From: the human T2T-CHM13v2.0 reference genome, Homo sapiens
NCBI RefSeq assembly: GCF_009914755.1
Contig: NC_060936.1
DNA: 64,000 bases
Reading direction: 5' to 3' (one strand)
Position numbers and translations under genes: made by a program. Shown here in pieces: positions 56,016 through 64,000 of the stretch (the stretch's first letter is position 1; each line of letters opens with the position of its first letter). The notes under the pieces are model-generated. The model did not search any database and was not told the origin of the DNA. It saw only the letters and a list, made by a program, of their open reading frames with translations.

Positions 56016-56899
56016 CTAGTAATATATTGTAGACAATGTACATGCAAATTGGAAGAAAGAATTTTAATGCAGGTATAAGCAGTGCTGTCTTCCTCTCATA
56101 ACCTACATGGTGCTAATATATATTACAATAGTAGGATCATCCTTCCATTATAAAAACTTCACCCTGGGCTTCTGATTTACAAATCCATATATTCAGGACT
56201 AGAAGTTCTTCTCTGACAAATTTCCTCTCTTCCATAAAAATGACAAAGGTAAGTCTGTTAATTTTGGTATGTAGAAAATACCTAGATTTTATGTAGGGTG
56301 CTTGATTTATTATACAACTCTGTGTGCTAGTTACTCTGAGTAGTTTTATGGGGAAAAAGTCATGGTGAATAAGTAATTCCATTTTGCACATTGTAAAAAT
56401 AAGAAAGTAAATGCAATACTTGTGTAACACTAATTGTTACCTACCAGGCTGGAAAAATAAAAACATGTTTGTCCTACAAACTAAATAGGGCTCTAGTTCA
56501 AGCACTTATGATTGCACATTTGGGAGGAATGAAATACCTCTTTCATTTAAAAAATACTAGTATGCATTCTATTTGGTGTTCTAGTATATAATATGGACAC
56601 ATGAACCACCCAAGTGACTATTTTCAAAAGTACACCCAACACAGATGTATAAACAGTGCACCTAAATCATATAATTCAGTCACTAGATGCCCTATGAGGC
56701 CTCCTCTTGGAGGCAGAATATAAACTACGGGTACAAGTAAAATGAGGACTGTGAAATGACCTTGGATTTATATAATAATAAATGAGGTGGCAATTGGTGA
56801 TCTTGATGATAGCAATTTCACTATAATATGTTCTAAAGTGAATGGGTGGAGAGAAATTAGAGACTGTGAGTACAGACACTGCTTTTTAAGAGTTCGCTG

Positions 56900-57264
<365 letters not shown>

Positions 57265-58230
57265 TCACTCCACAGCCTCTGCAACTCTTGCTTTCTGCAT
57301 GCCTACAGAATTAGCACCACATGGATACTGCCATACCCTTGACCTTATTAACAATAGCTGCAGCCCTGTCCTATCTCAAGTGCTGTATTCCACACTTTGA
57401 CAAACACCTGCTAACTTTCCAGCTCACTCCTTGTAGTATCTCAAATTCACCAACCTTCTATCTTACCAGAATCTTTAATCCACTGACTTTATTACTATTA
57501 TAATGTCCCTCATCCCCACACTTGTGTCATTTGTTTTCTCCCTACCTAGTTTACATCCTATGGTCATCAGTAGAGTCACTACTTTGCATACATTCAACTC
57601 TACTAAGTCCTTCTTACTTCTCACATCATACTTGCTTGGATAGATCACACCCCTAGTTAACTGCAACTCCCCACCTGCTCCGTGCCTGCAGCCATGCAGT
57701 TAAAAGACATAAAACTGTGCTAGCTGCTCTCCTATTAAATTTGGGACCATGAATTTTCATGCAGTCTTTCATGCTGCCCAGCAGTCATACAGTGTTTCCC
57801 TAATCCCTTCTCTCTCACATTCTCCCCTAGATTATTTTATACTTTCTCCTCTCCCTTATTTAACACTTCCTCCCTACAGCTTTGCTGAGATAGTTGAAGC
57901 AATCAGAAGAAATCATCCCCACCTCCCTCCCCTATAACTGCCCATCTGCACCTGTGCCCACACTCCAACCTTCCCTTCTTCTTAGGAATCACCTGTCTCT
58001 GCTGCTGGTGAAGTCCCACCACCTGTGCACTTAGAGTCACCCCTGACTCATGCTCAAGGACAGGTTCTGCCATTCTCATCTCTCTCTTCTGCATCCTCAG
58101 TCTCCCCCTCCTGATGATAATTCCCATAAACATGCAAACATGCAGTTATTTCTCCCAACTAAAACAAAAACTCCATTAACTCCACTTCTCTGTCTGCTAG
58201 TATCCATTTCTTTCCTTCCTTTTACAGCAA

Positions 58231-58547
<317 letters not shown>

Positions 58548-59984
58548 TAAAAAGCAGTATCCATCTTGGCAGTTTCTCATTTCTCTCCCCCATTCACTTT
58601 TGAACAAGTTATAATGAAATTGCTTTCATCAAGATCACCAATTACCTCCTCCTTCACTACTAATCCAAGATCGTTTCATAGTCCTCATTTTACTTGTCCT
58701 ATCAGCAGCCCATTACTTTCTTCTCCGTAAAATGCTTTGTCCACTTGGCTTCCAGGACACTGCACTCACCTGATTTTCCACCTACCTTTCTGCTGTTCCT
58801 TTTCAGTCTCTTGCTAGTTCCTCCTCATGTCATCATTCAGACTGGTGAGTGCTGATGTGCAGTAGGGCTCAGCCCTGGACTTCCCTTCTCTGTCTGCCTT
58901 CACACCCTGGGTGATCTCAAGAGCTCTCGCAGCTCGAAGTGCCACCTGTAGGCTCAGGACTCCCAGATTTTTATCTTCGACCCAAAACCTCTCCCTTGAA
59001 TCCAGACGTATATCCAAATTCCTATTTGACATTTCCACTTCATTTTTTTGACTTTGTACTTTATACAAACGCATTTTATTTTTATTTTATTTTATTTTAT
59101 TATTTTTTAGAGATGAGGTCTCGCTATATTGTCCAGGCTGGTCTCAAACTCCTGAGCTCAAGCAATCCTCCCACTTCGGCCTCCCGAAGTACTGAGATTA
59201 CAGGTGTGAGTCACCGTGCCTGGCCTACAAATGCATTTTATGTACAAGATTAATACATAAAATAGGACAATAAAGAACTATTCTGGGTTTGGTGGGAGGA
59301 TTGGGGAGATATTGGTCAAAGGGCATAAGATTTCAGAAGAAATAAGTTCGAAAGATCTATTGTATATCATGGTGACTATAGTTAACAACAATATATTGTA
59401 TGCTTGAAAATTGCTTAAGACAGTAGAGTTTAGGTGTTCTAGTCACACACACACAAATGATAAGCATGTGGAATAAAGCATATGTTAAATGCTTGATATA
59501 GTCATTTCACAATATGTACATATATCAAAACCGCATGGTGTACACCATAAATGCATGCAATTTTGACTTCTCAATTAAAACAAACAAAGAAAAACAAATT
59601 ACTCTGAGTGAACTGGGTGAAAAGCAACCCTAAGGGGCTTTTCATTCACCTGAATATTTAATAGCCTCTTTTTTTTTTAAGTTAATAGAGGCAAAGTCTC
59701 ACTGTGTCTGGTCTTGAACCTGAGGTCAAGTGATCCTCCCACTTTGACCTCCCAAGGTACTAGGATTATAGGCTTGAGCCACCATGCCTGGCCTTAATAG
59801 CATCTCAGACTTCACATTCTAAAACAGCTCCTGGTATTCCTCCTGTTCTCGAAACCATCTCAATCAATGGCAGCTACATTTTTCCCGTTGCTGAGGTCAA
59901 AATCTTGAAGTCATTCTTTATTACTCTCTTATTCTCATACCCACATTTGGTCTGCTAACATATTCTGTCTCATCTAACAGTCTA

Positions 59985-60032
59985 TCTCCCTCTCTCTCTC
60001 TCTATCTCTCTCTCTCTCTATCTATCTATCTA
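59985..60032. repeat. (TC)n/(TCTA)n microsatellite
   Basis: Seen directly. Confidence 0.9.
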
Positions 60033-61327
60033 CAATTTACTGTCATCATTTCTCCTCTAGAAATATTGTGGAGTTTTTTGGGTTTGTTTGTTTGCTTGTT
60101 TGAGATAGGGTCTTGCTCTGTCAACCAGGTTGGAATGCAGTGACACAATCATGGCTCATTGCAGCCTCGACCTCCCAGACTCAGGCGATCCTCCCTCCTT
60201 AGCCTCCTGAGTAGCTGGGACTACAGGTGCATGCCACCATGCCCAGCTGATTTTTTAACTTTTATTTTTTGTAGAGATGGGGTCTCACTGTGTTGCCCAG
60301 GCTGGTCTCAAACTCCTGGGCTCAAATGATCCTCCTACCTTGGCCTCCAAAGTGTTGGGATTACAGGCATGAACCACTGTGCCTGGCCCTGGATTATTGC
60401 TGTAAACGTCTAACTTGTCTCACTATTTCTGCCGTTAACTCTCTTCAGACTCTCTTCAATTTATTCATTTATTCAGAGCACAATTCTGCTCCGTTTAAAA
60501 TTCTCCAGAGGCGTCCCATCTCCCTTAGAGCAAAGGCCAATGTCCTATAACCCTAAGATCCTGTATAATTTTCCCCTGGCATTAGTGCTCCGCCCTCATT
60601 TCCTGCCACTCTCCCCTGTATTCAGGTCACTCCAGCCCCGCTGACCTCCTTGCTGTTTCTTGGCCATGTCAGGCACACTTGCACCTCAGGTCCTTTGCAT
60701 CTGCCCTTCCTTCTGCCTGAATACATTTCCTCAAGTGTCCTCTCCCCAGTTCCTTCACTTCCTCAGGTCTTTACTCAAATATGCCTCCTGGAGAGCCCTT
60801 CCTGGGCTACCCTGTCTACAACTGCAAACCTCCCACCAAACTCATTCTTTGTATTTTTATATTTTCCTTTGGCATTTATCAGCCCATAACATGCTATATT
60901 TTTTGGCCTATTATGTTAATTTTCTGTCTCCCCCTGTGAAAAGTAAGCTGTATGAGAGCAGGAAGTTTGTCTGTTTTGTTCACTGTTTATCCTTAGCACT
61001 ACAACATGCCTGATCCTACCAAGTACTCAGTATTTGTTGAATGAATGAATTATAATGGTGATGGGCATGATGAAAATAGGCAGACAGACAAGGCAAACAT
61101 ATACAATAATGCTTACTTTTATACACATTGGTGACAATTGTCAGTTGCAACTATTGTTAAAAAGTTATTTTATCCTCAATGTTCCTACATCATCAAAATA
61201 GAGTTCTGCACCCAGACAAGAGTTAAGGCACTAGAATTGAGGACTGCTACCAAAATGTGTGATTTTTGTAACTTAAAAAAGTCCCCACAGTGATATTTTA
61301 AATATTATGCTACCAAATATTATCATT

Positions 61328-61639
61328 CTTTTTTTTTTTTTTTTTTTTTTTTTGAGACAGGGTCTCGCTCTGTTACCCAGGCTCAAGTGCAGTGACACAA
61401 TCACAGCTGACTGCAGCCTTGACCTCCTCTGGCTCAAGCAATCCTCCCACCTCAGCCTCCTGAGTAGCTGAGACTACAGGCATGCACCCACCATGCCTGG
61501 CTAATTTTTATATTTCTAAGTAGAGGTGGGGGTTTCGCCATGTTGCACAGACTGGTCTCGAACTCCTGAGCTCAAGCGATCCACCTGCCTCAGCTTTCCA
61601 AAAGTGCTGGGATTACAGCCATGAGCCACTGTGCCCGGA
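61328..61639 (-). mobile_element. Alu (AluJ-like)
   Basis: Antisense dimer. Confidence 0.93.
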
Positions 61640-61760
61640 CTTCTTTTAAAAAAAAAAAAATCTTTCTTATGATACACAATTTGAGCTCACGAACCAGTAA
61701 TCACAACATTGAGAATAAGATAAATCATAGGTAGGTTTATTAATGACTTCCAACTACTTA

Positions 61761-61776
61761 CCAGCAGAGGGTGCTA
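61761..61776 (+). promoter_or_regulatory. Candidate CTCF site CCAGCAGAGGGTGCTA
   Basis: One mismatch to the CCASYAGRKGGCRS core, in non-repeat DNA with nearby retained CpGs. Confidence 0.5.
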
Positions 61777-62880
61777 CTTATCCATATTTTCACACGTATA
61801 AAGCGTGTTTCGCTGAACTAACAGGCAGGCTTCAATACTGTAAATGACATTATCTTACAAATCTGTATTATGTGATAATGAATCAGCCACCCAAACATAA
61901 ACATAATACCTTCAGTTTTAAAAATCTATATTTTTCTTGTCTTTATTTGTGAATTTAAATAGATGATACTGTACATGAATATGGTACAAAAATGTACAGA
62001 AATAATTAACTCTTTCTTCTATCCCAGTCCTCTAGTTCCTCAATTTTCTCTTCCAAGGTTATCATTGTCTCCAGTTTCTTCTGTATTTATGTGTATGTCT
62101 GTTATGTTTTGTGTTTGTATTGTATGTGTTTTTTGTTTTGTTTTGTATTTTAAATCAGAAATGCTATAAGTGCTATTCTTCAGCTTAGGGTTGATTTATA
62201 AACAAGCCCATAATTTTGGGATTCCATATCAGTACTTATAGAACATCTTTCTTTTAAACAGCTATATTTTATTCCAGTGTGTAAATAAACAGAAATTTAT
62301 GTAACCAGTCCTCTGTTGATAGATGGTAAGGTTATTTTAAATATTTTGCCTTTCCAAACATTAGTAAATTAGTGTATTTTTACATTTATCTTTGTAAATA
62401 TGTGCAAGTATATTTGTAGGGTAATTTCTTAGGGAAAATTGGGTAGCCATCTGAAAAATAATGAAGGTATAGTTTCATCTCTCTATACAAAGATAAATTC
62501 CAAATATATTAAATCAAAGACACTAGAGAAAAACAGAGGAGAATGTCTTTATGATTTTTGAGTCACGAAAGCTTTCTAAGGCTAACACGAACTCAGAAGG
62601 TATAAGAAAGAAGATTGAAATTTGACTGCACATTTTTAAAAATCTGTGTGGCAAAAACACCATAAACAAAAAACACAAATAACACCTGGTGAAAATGTAT
62701 TTGTAACACATCCTACAAAGAACTAAATCTTGTAATATGTAAAGAGCTTTTGTGTATTGATAAAATCAAGCCCCATTCAAAAATGACCAAAGCATACAAA
62801 TAAAACATAGAAATGGAAATACAAATGGCTTTAAACACATGAAACCATATTCATAAGGAAAGAAATCACAAATTACACTG

Positions 62881-63020
62881 TTTTTTGGTCTTTTTTTTTT
62901 TCCTTTTTGTGGAGAATGGGGGGGGGTCTCACTATATCACCCAGGCAGGTCTTGAACTCAAGCTATCCTCCTGCCTCTGCCTCCCTAAATGCTGGGATTA
63001 CAGGTGTGAGTCACCATGCC
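62881..63020 (-). mobile_element. Alu monomer within an old L1 fragment
   Basis: Antisense left arm; flanks are L1M-like (cacctatcagattggcaaa). Confidence 0.8.
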
Positions 63021-63203
63021 TCTTGAGAAATGCATATTAAAATAATGAGATGCTATATTTCACCTATCAGATTGGCAAAGACCAACATATTGTGTTCGTG
63101 AGGGTGTGGGGAAACAAGCAGGCTCACAGATTGTTGGTGAGACTGTAAATTGGTACAACCTCTATGGAAACCAATTTGGCATCAGCTAGCAAACTTTTAA
63201 AAC

Positions 63204-63502
63204 TAGCCAGGTTTAGTGGCTCACAACTGTAATCTCAACATTTTGGGAGGCCAAGGCAGGTAGACTCTTGAGCTTAGGAGTTTGAGACCAGCCTGGGCAA
63301 CAGGGTGAAACCCTGTCTCTACTAAAAATACAAAAATTAGCTAGGTGTAGCATGGCTGTAGTTCCAGCTACTCGGGAGGCTGAGGTGGGAGGATCGGGCT
63401 TGAACCCAGGAGGTCAAGGCTGCAGTGAGCTGTGATTGCACCACTGCCCTATAGCCTGGGTGACAGAGTGAGACTTCCTTTCTCTCTCTCTCAAAAAAAA
63501 AA
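63204..63502 (+). mobile_element. Alu (AluJ-like)
   Basis: Sense dimer. Confidence 0.92.
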
Positions 63503-64000
63503 TTTATATGAAAGTTAGTAGAGTTTTTTTTTCTTTTAGTCAAATCTGTTTATTTGGATTATCTGCATGTTCTTAACCAGAAGGAAATGCTACACAGAGT
63601 TGAAGAATAAAGACAAAATATTAAAAATTTAAGGTAGGTATTATGTTCTTTGTATAATGTGGATAACAGCCATATTGAGCTACGGAAAGTAACATGACAA
63701 AAGAATCTCTGAGTGTATATCACTCACGGTCCTTTAGGAAATCGATAGTACCTTTTTTTAAAAAAAAAAAAAAGGAGGCTGCAAAGAGTTTCAATTCTTG
63801 AAAGTGTAGGCAGGGTTAAGGGAAACAGCATGGGGTGGTGGGCAACCTCAGGTGCTGGCATCTGGCTCTAGGAAGCCATTACCCTCCCTGGCAAGAGGCA
63901 ATGGAGAAAACACTTACAGAACCAAGTGAACACTGTCACTTTGGGAGAGGCCACCTGACAGGGGCTGTGGAAAAGCGTGAGCCACTGTCAGACAGAGACC

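Noticed and set aside
63549-63554. Minus-strand AATAAA as the 3' end of an upstream lncRNA (I recall C12orf77/LINC02909 lying upstream of BCAT1)
   Set aside because: A lone hexamer in AT-rich DNA plus uncertain recollection is not enough support.

Overview
This is primate (almost certainly human) genomic DNA, repeat-dense, with about 50 Alu elements or fragments plus L1, L2, MIR, MaLR/ERV1 LTRs and MER DNA transposons. The one supportable protein-coding feature is a minus-strand first exon inside a CpG island (~18.5-19.6 kb) that contributes only ATG AAG (Met-Lys) before a GT donor and has a CACGTG E-box in its 5' UTR. From memory I recognise this as BCAT1 exon 1 (chr12p12), so 1-19002 would be part of intron 1 and the rest is upstream DNA. 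A BRI3 processed pseudogene lies ~18 kb upstream. Nearly all other ORFs in the track are Alu/L1/LTR shadows. I see no new multi-gene system. The most unusual structures are: (1) an ERV env + 3' LTR fragment carrying L1 retrotransposition hallmarks (poly(A) after AATAAA, no U5, 12-bp TSD); (2) an old inverted duplication whose two arms appear to have independently received Alus at the same paralogous site; (3) a BRI3 retrocopy whose compensating frameshifts keep a full-length 125-codon ORF; (4) a 72-codon uORF whose stop overlaps the BCAT1 start (AUGA); (5) a CpG-rich Alu with a GC-box/G-quadruplex insert; (6) clustered p53 half-sites in a MER61-like LTR. Repeat subfamily names are from recalled consensus sequences, and repeat boundaries were judged by eye and are approximate.
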